From NCBI RefSeq assembly GCF_021028975.2, contig NC_059430.1:109120001-109184000 (forward strand): a DNA stretch of 64,000 bases, read 5' to 3'. Below, piece after piece: positions 37,399 through 48,493 of the stretch (positions within the stretch are counted from its first letter, which is position 1; each line of letters begins with the position of its first letter). Position numbers and translations under genes: made by a program. Under the pieces are notes generated by a model. It did no database searches. It saw only the letters and a list, made by a program, of their open reading frames with translations, and was not told the origin of the DNA. Source of the stretch: Sphaerodactylus townsendi (taxonomy: Eukaryota).

Positions 37399-39014
37399 AT
37401 CTAGTGGCCAACCAGTTGCTCTGGAGGGCCAACAATAGGGCATTGAGGCTGAGGCCTCCCTCTTATGTAGCCTCCTGGCTCTGAGATTTAGAGGTTTACT
37501 GCCTGCGTATGTGGAGGTTCTCTTTAGAGATAATGGAGGTGGGGTGGGGAGAATGATAGTTTACAAAAAAAATTATGTAAGGTGGATGAATAGAAGTTTC
37601 CTCCTCTCTTCGTGCTGCTAGAAATTGGCTCTTCTAGTTTAATCGATGGGCAGTTGCTTCAAATTTAAAGAACCAAGAAAGCACTACTGTACCCAATGCA
37701 AAGTGAAACGATGGGATTCTCTGTCTCAGGAGACTGTGGCGGCCTCTGGGGTACATCGTTCATAAAAGGGAACATGCAGTTTCACAAAGAAGAGACGGAT
37801 CAACTGCTGGAGAAAATCTCAACTTTCTGAGGCAGCCTACCCCTCAATACACATTACTACTGAACAATAACAATACTCTTTGATGCAGTGATTTCTCATG
37901 CTGCTGGAGGGTTTCTCAGAGTTAGCTGACTGGCTCTTCTAGAAAACGCTGGAATATGTGGGTCCATAGGTTTAGTTAGCAGGGGTTTTATGTTCTTAAG
38001 CTCCCTCCATATAATTAAGAGCTTTCTCCTAAGGCCTGACTTCAAACCACTTAAAATGGACTAAGCCCATCATGATTTCTACATATTTTTTAAAAAGATA
38101 CACACCAGAATTTTCACAGGTGTAATGGGACACTGGGAGGGAAGGAGACATGGTATAATATAGCCCAATCTTGTCAAGTCCCAGAGGCTAAGCAGGGTCG
38201 GATGCCCAGATGGGAGACCACCAAGGGGGACTCTGCAGAGGAAGGCAATTACAAACCACCTCTGCTTCTCGCTTGCTTTGAAAGCCTTTTGCTGTGGTGG
38301 TCATAGGTTGGTTACAGTTTGATAGCACTTGTATAAGGTGACACTGGGGGTACATCCAAGGAGTCTTAAGATGGCAACGAAGTCCTGCTGCAACCGTAAC
38401 TCACCACATTGATGCTGCCCATGTATGCAGGCACTGGAGTTACATTAAGCAGGGCTTGGCACCAAGCGTGGGAACACACGCTGTCCCTCCTCAATACACA
38501 CCCCTCTCTCCCCAATCCCAGGTCTAAACACAGCTTAGGATACAAAGTATGTCTATAGCTCTTCAAAGTACTGTCTGAAAGCAAGCCGAGATGCCCATTG
38601 CTCAGATAACGTCAGGGTGCGTGGGGAGACACAGCTGCATCAGCATGTGCTGATTGGTAGTTACTGCTTGTCTGTCACAGGGGCGCTGCCAGCATGCTGC
38701 TGCACGACAAGTGGGTTGTAGTGAGGCTGTGAGACTCTGGTGCAATTGCTATGATCTCTGAACCTGGGATTAGGGCATCATCTAACCATACTGTCTTCAC
38801 TGCAGAGTGGGTGTAGCATACTGGTTAGCAGCACTGATGCTGAGCCAGCTTGAAGACTTTACAGTGGGACTCGCCCGCCTCAGGTGCAACACGACACAGA
38901 TACGAGGAGGAGGATCTTGGCATAGGAAGTAGCCTCCCCCTGCACTCCCCCATGTGATTCTTGTTTTCATACTAAAGCAGCTCAGGACACTTTGGCAACA
39001 GCTTGGCAACGCAC

Positions 39015-39094
39015 ATGGACTTCCCGTGGCTCTCAACCAGGCTCAGCAGTCGGCTCTCCATGCCTTCCTCGGCCGCCAGGATTCCCTGCACTGT
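39015..39094 (-). CDS. INPP5B: INPP5B coding exon 2 (after AT-AC intron)
   Basis: 80 nt, TVQGILAAEEGMESRLLSLV; AC acceptor with TTCCTTGAC branch site. Confidence 0.88.
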
Positions 39095-39634
39095 GTGCAA
39101 ACTGATAGTCAAGGAACAGCCCGAAAAAATGCTGACACCCCCCCCCCCCGGGCTGCAATTGGCAGCCTCCAAAAGGGTCCCAGGGACATGTATTTGAAAA
39201 AGAAGAGTTTGGATTTATACCCCACCTTTATCTCCTGTAAGGAGACTTAAGGTGGTGATAAGCTCCTTTCCCTTCCTCTCCCCACAACAGACACCTTGTA
39301 AGGTAGGTAGGGCGGAGAATGTTCCCAAGAACTGTGACTGGCCCAAGGTCACCCAGCAGGAACGTAGGAGTGTGGAAACATATCTGGTTCACCAGATAAG
39401 CCTCTGCCGCTCAGGTGGAGGAGTGGAGAATCAAACTCAGTTCTCTAGATTAGAATCCACCTGCTCTTAACCACTACACCATGCTGGCTCTCACGCATAC
39501 ATGTTAGATCAGCCCTTTTGCATTCTCCTCATGATAAGCAGTCAGCTCTTCTCCACCCCACTCCATGCCCGCAGGAGAGGAGTCCAGCAGAGTCCCCTTT
39601 GGGGATTCACACACTCTCTTTTCCAGAAGGATAT
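39095..39634 (-). other. INPP5B: U12-type AT-AC intron of INPP5B
   Basis: 5'ss ATATCCTT, branch TTCCTTGAC at 39108-39116, 3'ss AC; keeps the reading frame. Confidence 0.92.
39197..39490 (-). mobile_element. tRNA-derived SINE
   Basis: Reverse complement of tggtgtagtggttaagagc...ataaatccaaactctt; same family as 45349 and 62336 copies; lies inside the AT-AC intron. Confidence 0.8.
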
Positions 39635-39691
39635 GGCCAGGCAAGTCTCCCCAGGAGAAAGCGTCTCCTGGATGGCGAAAGACTGATCCAT
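39635..39691 (-). CDS. INPP5B: INPP5B coding exon 1 (start codon)
   Basis: 57 nt, MDQSFAIQETLSPGETCLA; donor ATATCCTT. Confidence 0.92.
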
Positions 39692-40179
39692 CCTGTGGGT
39701 TGGGAAGAAAACAGATGGGGTTCAGAAGACAGAAACCAAACAAGAGCCTTATTTTCAGCTGGGTGTGATGGGCGCTAAAGTCACTATCAACCTGATAGTG
39801 AAGTCCCATCTGCTAGCAGGGAGCTATTACACAGGATGGTCTAGACAAGAGCAATTCAGGTTGCAACCTGGAGGATGCCCACTGTCAATGCCAGCACGTT
39901 TTGATGATTAATTTATGGGGGCCCATAAGTAAGAAGCGAGTTGAAGCAGGTAACCCACACACATGGAGGCACCAATAAAAAGTGAGCATTTTAGTAAGGG
40001 ACTTCTTTTGCGATTCAAGGCCCTGCTATCCTGGCTGAAGGGGGAGGGGCACGATCCTTAAAAAAATGAACTAATTCATCATCAGCAACACTCGATATCT
40101 TCAACCCCTGCTTGCTTTCTTAACTCAGATTCCGTTGGAGAGGGTATCATCATCCCTCTTGGTTCTTCTTACTCAGGGT

Positions 40180-40640
40180 GCTAAAAACGCTGCCTCGGAC
40201 TCTGGCAGCCAAAGATGCTTATGAAGAGTAGGGAGGGGGGGGGGGAGGGAAACTGTCTCGCCTCGTTTCTCCAGCCGCCTCCCCAGCTGGCAAGGGAAGC
40301 ACCCGAGAGGCCCCTAAGCCCGACCCCCAGCTGCTGAACCCACCCCCGCCATTGGCCAAGCACGGAGCCTTCCGGGCTGCAGACAAGAGACCCCCTCCTC
40401 GCAAGTAGAGGCTGCCCCGGCCAAACGGGCTGCACTTACCTTCCGCCCCCTCGCAGGCAGCGGGGCGCTCCACATCAGCGGCCCAAAAGTGGCCCCTCCT
40501 GCCCGGAGGCGGTGGCCTCTTCGCGTAACCCTTGCGCAGCTGGGCCCAAATGGCGCGAGCCCTCCACCCCGAACTCTGGGATGGCAGGACTGTTTGCGAT
40601 GCCCCAGGGCTCAGGGACCCCCGAGTCGACCCCCGGATGC
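40180..40640 (-). promoter_or_regulatory. INPP5B: INPP5B CpG-island promoter and 5'UTR exon 1
   Basis: CpG-rich; strong donor AAG|GTAAGT at 40440/40439. Confidence 0.7.
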
Positions 40641-41537
40641 AAGAGCATGGGTGGGAGGGCTAGCTAGGATGTGGAAACCATTTCCCTTCCTTTGTGCCTG
40701 TCCCATTATTATGATACATTTTAACGCTTTTTCTGGGCTGTAGGGATGATTTCGTTTCCTCTTTGCCCGTCCCACTGTTTGGTCTTAATTTTCACAACTT
40801 TTTATCTTTCACTCATGTTGTTGCGTTGCTGTAAATTAATCTTTAAAAACCCCTCCCAAAAAATCGATGCAGTTATATGCAGGAGTTTTTTCTCCTTCCC
40901 CGGTGTTAGTTGGTTCTGTTCAAACTTTTGTTTTGACCTCCTCTCCTCTTTGCAATCGGAGCTGTTGAATGATGGAAATGTATACATGGCGGGATATTGC
41001 GAAAGGGCAGTGTGTAAGGTTGCCAGACCTGGGTTAGGAAACTCTTGGAGATGTAGGAGGTGAAACCTGGGGAGACTGGGGTTTGTGGACAGAGGGATTT
41101 AGGATGGGTATAAAACTATGGAGTCCACCCTGTGAAGCAGACATCTTCTCCAGGGGAACTGATAACCGCAGTCTGGAGATCAGTTGTAATTCTAGGGGAT
41201 TTCCTGACGCTTTCTGGAAAATGGCAACCCTAGCAGTATGGCCAGGAAACAGCACTATCACCCAGCCCTTTCTGCTAGCTGTATTGCTGCTTTTCTAGTC
41301 TGTGCTGGACAAGGTAGTGATGCAGTCAGAAATATTGCCCCAACCCAGTCTGGGAAAAACAGACAAGAGGACAACACAGAACATTGGATAAGTTTGGCAG
41401 CAATAGCTAGATTCCTCCCCTAAACCAATGTTTTGTGTAGGAGGCAGTTCTCGGATAAGATGATTGGAGTTCATTGTCCTGCTCTTCGTTTGTGCTTTCC
41501 CTTTGAACCATGATGTTTAGTTGCCTCTAGGAAGAGT

Positions 41538-41715
41538 AGAATCATAGAGCCATAGAGTTGGAAGAGACCCCAAAGGCCATCAAGTCCAACCCCCTGCAAT
41601 GCAGGAACACATAAGTAAAGCACTCCTGACAGATGGCCACCAAGCCTCTGTTTAAAAACCTCCGAAGAAGGAGACTCCACCACACTCTGAGGTAGTGCAT
41701 TCCACTGTCGAACAG
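41538..41715 (-). mobile_element. CR1 LINE 3' fragment; other CR1-like pieces near 24400, 52450, 63515
   Basis: agaatcatagag tail; translated WNALPQSVVESPSSEVFKQRL resembles CR1 ORF2 C-terminus. Confidence 0.75.
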
Positions 41716-43658
41716 TATGAGGCTCTTTCGGAGAGTTTTTATACAAGCAGGCAGCAGTGATGCACAAAAGCTGAGCAAACTGCCACACTGATTTGGCAAT
41801 GGGATTCCTACAGGCACAAACCATTTCTTGCCCAGCCCTCTTGGGTCCACTTGTTGAGGCCTCTAGCCTTAAAAATACAAATGTGGGTGTAAAGTGCCAA
41901 ATCCAGCTTACAGCAAACCCAACAAGGGGCTTTCAAGGCAAGTGGGAAGCAGAGGTTGTTTGCCCTGGCCTTCCTCTGCAGATACTTCCTTGGAGGTCTC
42001 CCTTCCAAGTACCCACCCCGCTTAGCTTCTGAGATCTGAGGAGATTGGGTTATCCCATGCTGCCCTCCCTCCTGAAAATACAAATAACAATCCATGAAAA
42101 GAAAGCAAAACACCAAGCGAGATTGTTTGATTTTTTTTATTTAAGCTGAGGAACGCAGCAATCCTAAGCAGGTCTACTCAGAAGTAAGTCCACTGTTCAG
42201 TGGGGTTTACTCCAGGAAAGTGCCTTCAGGATTGTAGCCATAGTGTGTCACAGTTTGGTCCAGCAGGGATGCACATTACATGTTATGAAACTTATCAAGT
42301 GCCCAATAGTTTAAATTAAAGCCCCTCCCTTGAGCTTGAGGCCCAAACCTGCCCCCCCCCTTCTGCTTCCCCCTATATTTTACTCCCATACCAAAGACTG
42401 CAATTCCAAATTAAACAGCATGCAAAGAGCCACTTGGGCATTATGGCCAGCCTGGAAAGGTTCTGATCGTACAAGTTCCTCTTTTGTTTAAAAATGCAGC
42501 TAAGTTGAAAGAATAGCTGTACCCTAGAGGAAAGCTAGAGTTTCATCCTTCTTTTTTTAAAAAAAGAAGCAGTTCTTTCACTCCTACAGACCATTACTAG
42601 GACTATATAATGAACATTTTATTTTATAGAATTGGGGCCAAGGAGAAACATCATGCGATCAAAGCTGAAGAATTGTACAAGTTCTCCCGTGGTAGCATGA
42701 ATTTAAGTCACATTTTGAATCCCTCTGCCCTTTGCTGAAGCAGCCGCATCTAGCTTACCAGTACCAGAAAAGCCATTCAAAGTCAACACTCTCCTTTTCA
42801 CAGTAGTCAACCAGATAGTTCTAAGAATCCCACGACAGGCATGAAATCAGTGGCTCACCCCTACGTTTTCTCTCCCTTTCCTTCTAGCATAGCTGTGGCT
42901 ATGCTAAACTCCGCGGCTTCTGGTTGATGTGTTTGGGGCTGTGTAGGGATGGGTGGAGGAAGGGGAAAGTGAGGATGATGTATGAGTCTGAAATTGTGTG
43001 CATCGAGGAATGCTGCTGTAAATTTCGTTGTGCGTGCACAATGACAATAAAATGCTTATGCTTATGCTAAACTAACCCATGATCTCTGAGAAATGTGCAC
43101 TTTGTTGTATTTGATTTCAAATGCTGGACCTTTTGATTAAATTTCTGCTTACATGTTTGCTACGTTTAATAGCAGTGGCTCCCTTATTCTCAGTTATCCA
43201 GTAACACCCTATATCAGGTCCTGGGTACTTGTGACAATTGTGGTCCAGGGTCCTTTCCTCCCAACATTTGTGCCAGACCAGTGGAGCAACAGCAACAGCC
43301 ATGATGCCAAAGACTCCTAAATCCTAGAAAGCAGCAAAGTTTGGGCAAAGGGAGGGCAGTAACACAGCCCCCTTACGCTTCTTGGGTCTTCCCTTCACCA
43401 CTAACCATTATCCAGCTAGATCTTCAGTATCACTTATTGCATCCTGTGGGCAACTGGAGAAGAAAGGATGATTGAAAATTCTCTTAAGTATCATTGTAGG
43501 GATGCTGGCTGCCACAGTGGGGAAGGCAACATCCCCAGCAGCGGAGGGTGAAAGACTGCCCTTCACACATGGAGGAGGAGCAGCAACATCTGGAAGGGGT
43601 TCAGCTACACCAGGACCAACTCAAGGCCTTCTCTTCCTCCCCTCTGTGACTTAAAAGA

Positions 43659-43664
43659 TTTATT
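43659..43664 (-). terminator. Candidate poly(A) signal of the unnamed LU-like gene
   Basis: Minus-strand AATAAA about 730 nt after the stop codon. Confidence 0.4.
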
Positions 43665-44392
43665 TCCCACCCTCTGCCAAATCAGTCCTCCCTGCTGCTG
43701 AGCTCTGGCAAATCACTGGATTGGTACAGAGCCTGGACAGATCACCCGTGCCAGAAAGGGCCACTTCTTCACACAAGCCTGCCTAGGCCTGTTGTATACA
43801 AGAAGCAACCCCTCCCCACTTCCCAGATCTCCTCAATAAACAGCAGGTGAGGCCTGACAGCTATTTCCAGGGTGGAGTTGCCAACTCTGGGATGGGAGAT
43901 ACCTGGAGATTTGGGGGCCAGAGTCTGGGAGGGGTTTGGGGAGGGATGGTACCTCAGCAGGATATAACACCATAGAGGCTAACCTCCAAAGCAGCCATTT
44001 TCTGAGGGGACATATCTTTGCAATTTGGAGATCAGTTGTAATAGCAGGAGATGTCCAGGTACCCCCTGGAAGTTGGCAACCCTATTTTAGGGGTATTGCT
44101 GTTTTGATTCAGAGTGGCTGCTCCAGCCCAGCTCCTGGTCCAACTAGAGCAAAGCGAGAGGCAGGTAGAGAGATGAACTCCATTGGCAAAATACACAAGC
44201 CAAAGGTTTGGGACAGAAAGCATAGTGCATAAGCTCTGCCCAGTACAAGGTAAATGGAGAGAGTATTTTTTTCCTGAATGCCTGCTCCTTCTCTTCCAGA
44301 AAGAGGTCCTAACCCAAAAGAGGGAGTCATGCTAGCCCACAGGCCTGGTGTCAGACCCTAAGGCCCACTCCTCAACCTCAGAGGCCCAGTTG

Positions 44393-44656
44393 TCAGTGGG
44401 ACCCCAAGGAAAACAACAGGACGTAGTTCAGACCCAGAAGCGCTGCCCCAGTCAGAAGCTGAAGCAGAAAGGCTGGAGCCAGGGACCTGGCCCGGTTGAA
44501 GTGCACTTTGCCATCCAGCTTGAGGCAGCTGGCTTTGGGCATTGCTTGGCAGCATTCCTGAAAGCAGGGCTTAGTGGATCCAGTGGTGCAGGGCTTGCCA
44601 GATGTTTTGCAGAGCTTGCTGCAGCCTGCCACGTAATGGGGTCCTGTTTTCTTCAT
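44393..44656 (-). CDS. Unnamed LU-like gene coding exon 7 (domain 2 C-half and GPI signal)
   Basis: 264 nt, MKKTGPHYVAGC...CFQECCQAMPKASCLKLDGKVHFN-RARSLAPAFLLQLLTGAALLGLNYVLLFSLGSH*. Confidence 0.9.
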   Translation of the reverse strand: MKKTGPHYVAGCSKLCKTSGKPCTTGSTKPCFQECCQAMPKASCLKLDGKVHFNRARSLAPAFLLQLLTGAALLGLNYVLLFSLGSH

Positions 44657-44996
44657 CTAAAGGGAGAAGAAAAAGCAGAGGTCAGGATGTGGCTGCAATC
44701 AACAGCCCTGTTGAATGAAGAACTACAACCTCTCCATGAAAGGCCGAGGATTGCCAAGGTCTAGAATAGGGTTGCTAACCTCCTGGTGGGACCTTGAAAT
44801 CTCCCAGAATTATCACTGCTGTCCAGACTACAGAGGTCAATTCACATGGATAAAATGGCGGCTCTCTGCCAGCTCAGGCAGAGAGTTGCTGGGCAGCAGA
44901 GTGAGTGGTACACCAGAAACCATCCCAGCTTATCTCTCTGGCCAAACACCAAATACAAACTCTCAACTCCGGACACAGGACGAGAGGGGTGCCTGG

Positions 44997-46454
44997 CAGG
45001 GACGTATGTATAGACTTTTTATGGGGGGGGGGTTGGGGGGGCCACACCCCCACCCGCCCCAGGGCATGGCCACGCCTCCCCAAACCCCGCCCCTGGCCTA
45101 GCACTTATAAAAGCAGCTCTCCGAGGTCGGGGATGGCAGACTCCCCTGCCCTGCCCTCCCCTGCAGCTCTCCTCTGGGCAGAGGCATAGAGTGAAAATGG
45201 AGCCTGGTGCAAAATCTGAGTTTTGCCCCCCCCCACCCCCGGGGCAGCTGCTGTGATGCAGGAATCCACCCCCAAACAGCATCACTTTCAATGGTGTTTA
45301 AACTAGATCCACCTTAAAGGGAGAATCTGAAACAGCATCACTTTCAATGTGGCGTAGTGGTTAAGAGCTGGTGCATTCTAATCTGGAGGAACCAGGTTTG
45401 ATTCCCTGCTCTGCCACTTGAGCTGTGGAGGCTTATCTGGGGAATTCAGATTAGCCTGTGCACTCCCACACACACCAGCTGGGTGACCTTGGGCTAGTCA
45501 CAGCTTTTTGGAGCTCTCTCAGCCCCACCCACCTCACAGGGTGTTTGTTGTGAGGGAACAAGGGCAAGGAGATTGTAAGCCCCTTTGAGTCTCCTACAGG
45601 AGAGAAAGGGGGGATATAAATCCAAACTCTTCTTCTTCTTCTAAACTGAGGACCTCAGATTCTCCCTTTAAATCCATGCCGAAGGGGGTGGATTTAAAAG
45701 GAGAATCTGGGGAAATTTGGGGGGTGCCTGCTGTCAGGGGTGCAATGGTTAAGCTAGAAGCACCAAACTTTCAGGATATCTTTAGGAGTCTCTCCTAATG
45801 ATACCACCCAGGTTTGGTGAAGTTTGGTTCAGGGGGTCCAAAGTTATGGACCCTCAAAGGTGTAGCCCAGGGGTAGGGAACCTGCGGCTCTCCAGATGTT
45901 CAGGAACTACAATTCCCATCAGCCTCTGTCAGCATGGCCAATCCCTACCCCTGGTGTAGCCCCATCTCCTAAGCTCCCATTGGAAACAATGGGGGATGGG
46001 GGCACCCCCTTTGGGAGTCTATAGCTTTGGACTCCCAGGACCAAACTTCACAAAACCTAGGTGGTATCAATAAGAGACTCTCCCGATGATCCCTCCCAGG
46101 TTTGGTGAAGTTTGGTTCAGGATGTCCAAAGTTATGAACCCTCAAAGGTGTAGTCCCCATCTTCTATTAGTTCCCATTGGAAACAATGGAGGATGGGGGC
46201 ACCCCCTTTGGGAGTCCATAACTTTGGACCCCCTGAACCAAACCTCACCAAACCCGGGTAGTATCATCAGGAGAGTCCCCCAAACAATCCCTGAAATTTT
46301 GGTGCTGCTAGCCCAAACAATGCGCCCCCTGCAGGCCAAAAACCGAAAAAGCACTAAAACGTTTTAAAAACCCACAAACGGGTGGGCGGAGCTTCGGACA
46401 TGAATGGGGGGGTTCAAACCCGAGGAAAACCCCGCCCCCTTACCTACGTGCATG
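44997..46454. mobile_element. Composite non-autonomous hAT-type element carrying a nested SINE (about 45349-45641) and MITE (45868-45953)
   Basis: TSD GTGCCTGG; imperfect TIRs; internal repeats shared with the 30374-30927 element. Confidence 0.8.
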
Positions 46455-46656
46455 GTGCCTGGTAATGTGTATGACTCCTTGTGGACTATGGTTATCCCAC
46501 CACCCTGCCCCCTTAGTCTGGGCTGGGCTGGAAGGGGGGTCATGAGGAGAATTAAGCTGGAAAACAGTCTTGTAAGTCAGGCCCTGACAGAAGCAACGCA
46601 GTATGGCAAGGATCTGAATTTAGGTCTACGTCAGGAAGTCAGACAAGTCATAGTAC

Positions 46657-46752
46657 CTCACAGTAGTCAAAGCCCACAATACAGCCAGCTGAGGCCTTCT
46701 GGCCCTTGTAGCAGCCGTCTCCGTGGCAGGTGAAGGATGAGCACACTTTTCC
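46657..46752 (-). CDS. Unnamed LU-like gene coding exon 6 (domain 2, N-half)
   Basis: 96 nt, GKVCSSFTCHGDGCYKGQKASAGCIVGFDYCE; parallels exon 3. Confidence 0.9.
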
Positions 46753-46914
46753 CTGGAAGGACAAAAGACAAGCAAGGTCACGGTCCAGAGTAGAATTCCC
46801 ACTGCAGGGCAAAAGGGCGCATGGAACAGTGGGAGGAAAACATTATTTCCACAGCTAGCTGGGCAAGGAGTTCAGGAAATGCCCCAGCTTGTGCAAACAT
46901 GAAACAACACGTAC

Positions 46915-46979
46915 ATTTTTGGGAGGCGCTTTTGTGGTGGTTGTCGTGGGAGCTGGTGTGGTGGTGGGTGGCAGGTCTC
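46915..46979 (-). CDS. Unnamed LU-like gene coding exon 5 (Thr/Pro linker)
   Basis: 65 nt, GDLPPTTTPAPTTTTTKAPPKN|GTACGT. Confidence 0.88.
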
Positions 46980-47301
46980 CTGGAAAAGACATGAAAGGAG
47001 AAAAGGGTGAGGGCAGGGCTGATGACCTCCAGTGGAAGCTGTAAACCACATACTGCTGTGGTGGCATCTTTCTAAAACAGCTCTTGGCTCCCGAGATCTA
47101 GTGAGAAGGGGCAGTTCTGCCCCCAGAAAACCAGGAAAGGCCTGCCTGATAATAAAACTAGGCCCAGAAGTCCCACTAGACTTGCTTATTCTCCACTGAG
47201 CGGAAGCCTGAAACATACAGAGGCCACATTTTAGTATTATGGGTAGCTAAAGAAAAAACACACCGTTTGCTGAGGAAATACCTCCTGCTGGATTCACTTA
47301 C

Positions 47302-47467
47302 CGTAGGCTGTGGCATTGAGGCTGAGGCAGTTGGGTGAAGCACAGCACTCCATTGTACACACGCTCATGCTCACACTGCCATTGGTCATGCACATCTCAG
47401 TGGTGTTGCTGCTCCCACACTCACTGCTGCACCGGGCTGTGTAGCTGGTGCTGTTGAACCGGTAAAG
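47302..47467 (-). CDS. Unnamed LU-like gene coding exon 4 (domain 1, C-half)
   Basis: 166 nt, LYRFNSTSYTARC...CTMECCASPNCLSLNATAY G|GTAAGT. Confidence 0.9.
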
Positions 47468-47591
47468 CTGCAAGAGCCACAGAAGCATAAGCCGCATAAG
47501 CTGTGGTTTCTCCAGGTTGATTTACAACCCACCCTCTCTCTGGTAAAAGCCATGGCTCTTCTGAGCGGGAGGGTGCCTTGGGGTTCCCCAC

Positions 47592-47690
47592 CTCACAGTG
47601 TGTTGCGTTGTGGCAGGGCTCCGTGTTGTTGCCGTGAGCTTCATTCTGGTAACATTGCTCCCCAGAGCACTGGAAGCTTTGGCAGGTGAG
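47592..47690 (-). CDS. Unnamed LU-like gene coding exon 3 (domain 1, N-half)
   Basis: 99 nt, LTCQSFQCSGEQCYQNEAHGNNTEPCHNATHCE. Confidence 0.9.
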
Positions 47691-48215
47691 CTGTAAGGAG
47701 AAGAGGCAGTGACTGCAAAGTCTGAAGGGGCTCCTTGGCCACGTCACCTCCCCAGTGCTTTGCCAGGAGACATTTTCCTCAGTCCTGATCCCTCCTCGTG
47801 GTTGACCACCTTGCTTTCCAGTAGCTCTCACATCTGCCCAGCAAGGACTTCTCTACCATCTACAGACTTCCTGTCCCATGAAAGATCTTCTCCAGAAAAC
47901 CCTCCCGCCCTGCAGTTCCCATCCTGATCCCCAACATGCTGTGGGTTCAGCTAGTTGATGAGCTTTCTTACGGGCATCATGCCTGTTTGGTTCATTCCTC
48001 TGTCTGAGACCAGGGGAGCTCCTGAAATGGGCCCAGGATCTGGAAGAGAAGAGTGAACAGAGGCAGTCTCAGCCATGGAGGAGGTGAAGGTCTCTGGGAT
48101 GGGAAATCCAGATGATTCACCCTCCCTGCCAAGAGACCAGCCAGACCACACAGGCATGTCCTGGGTTACAGCCACTCTTCTTCGCTCCCAGAATGCACTT
48201 CTTGCTCTCACCTAC

Positions 48216-48271
48216 TGGTGTGCAAAGATCCCAGGTGCTGAAATGCAGAGCAGCCCAGAACAGAAGGAAGC
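48216..48271 (-). CDS. Unnamed LU-like gene coding exon 2 (signal peptide core)
   Basis: 56 nt, (G)FLLFWAALHFSTWDLCTP|GTAGGT, phase 1-0. Confidence 0.75.
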
Positions 48272-48456
48272 CTACAGAAAGAGACAGGTAGATCAGTGCT
48301 GGCAGAAATTTTAGGGAAGCACATCTCTTCAGGAGCTTCCAAGCTTGTTCTGAAAATGTTTAGAACCTTTTTTCAGTCTGGACCAGGAGCATGCTCCATG
48401 CAAAGAGCCCACAACCCATAAAAGTTCCTATTCTGTACAAGAATGAAGGCTCTTAC

Positions 48457-48493
48457 CTTGGGTTGGCGTGATCCGGTAGCTCGGATGTACCAT
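48457..48493 (-). CDS. Unnamed LU-like gene coding exon 1
   Basis: ataATGG Kozak; MVHPSYRITPTQ G|GTAAGA; exon acceptor at 48531. Confidence 0.75.

Larger units (their letters stand above)
13435..40500 (-). other. INPP5B: INPP5B gene (type II inositol polyphosphate 5-phosphatase; PH, 5-phosphatase, ASH, RhoGAP-like domains), 22 coding exons, 2574-nt CDS, 857 aa
   Basis: MDQSFAIQETL start; motifs [45 protein letters not shown]; located between MTF1 and SF3A3 as in other vertebrates. Confidence 0.96.

Noticed and set aside
45349-45420. tRNA-like sequence
   Set aside because: Head of a multi-copy SINE; no intact cloverleaf
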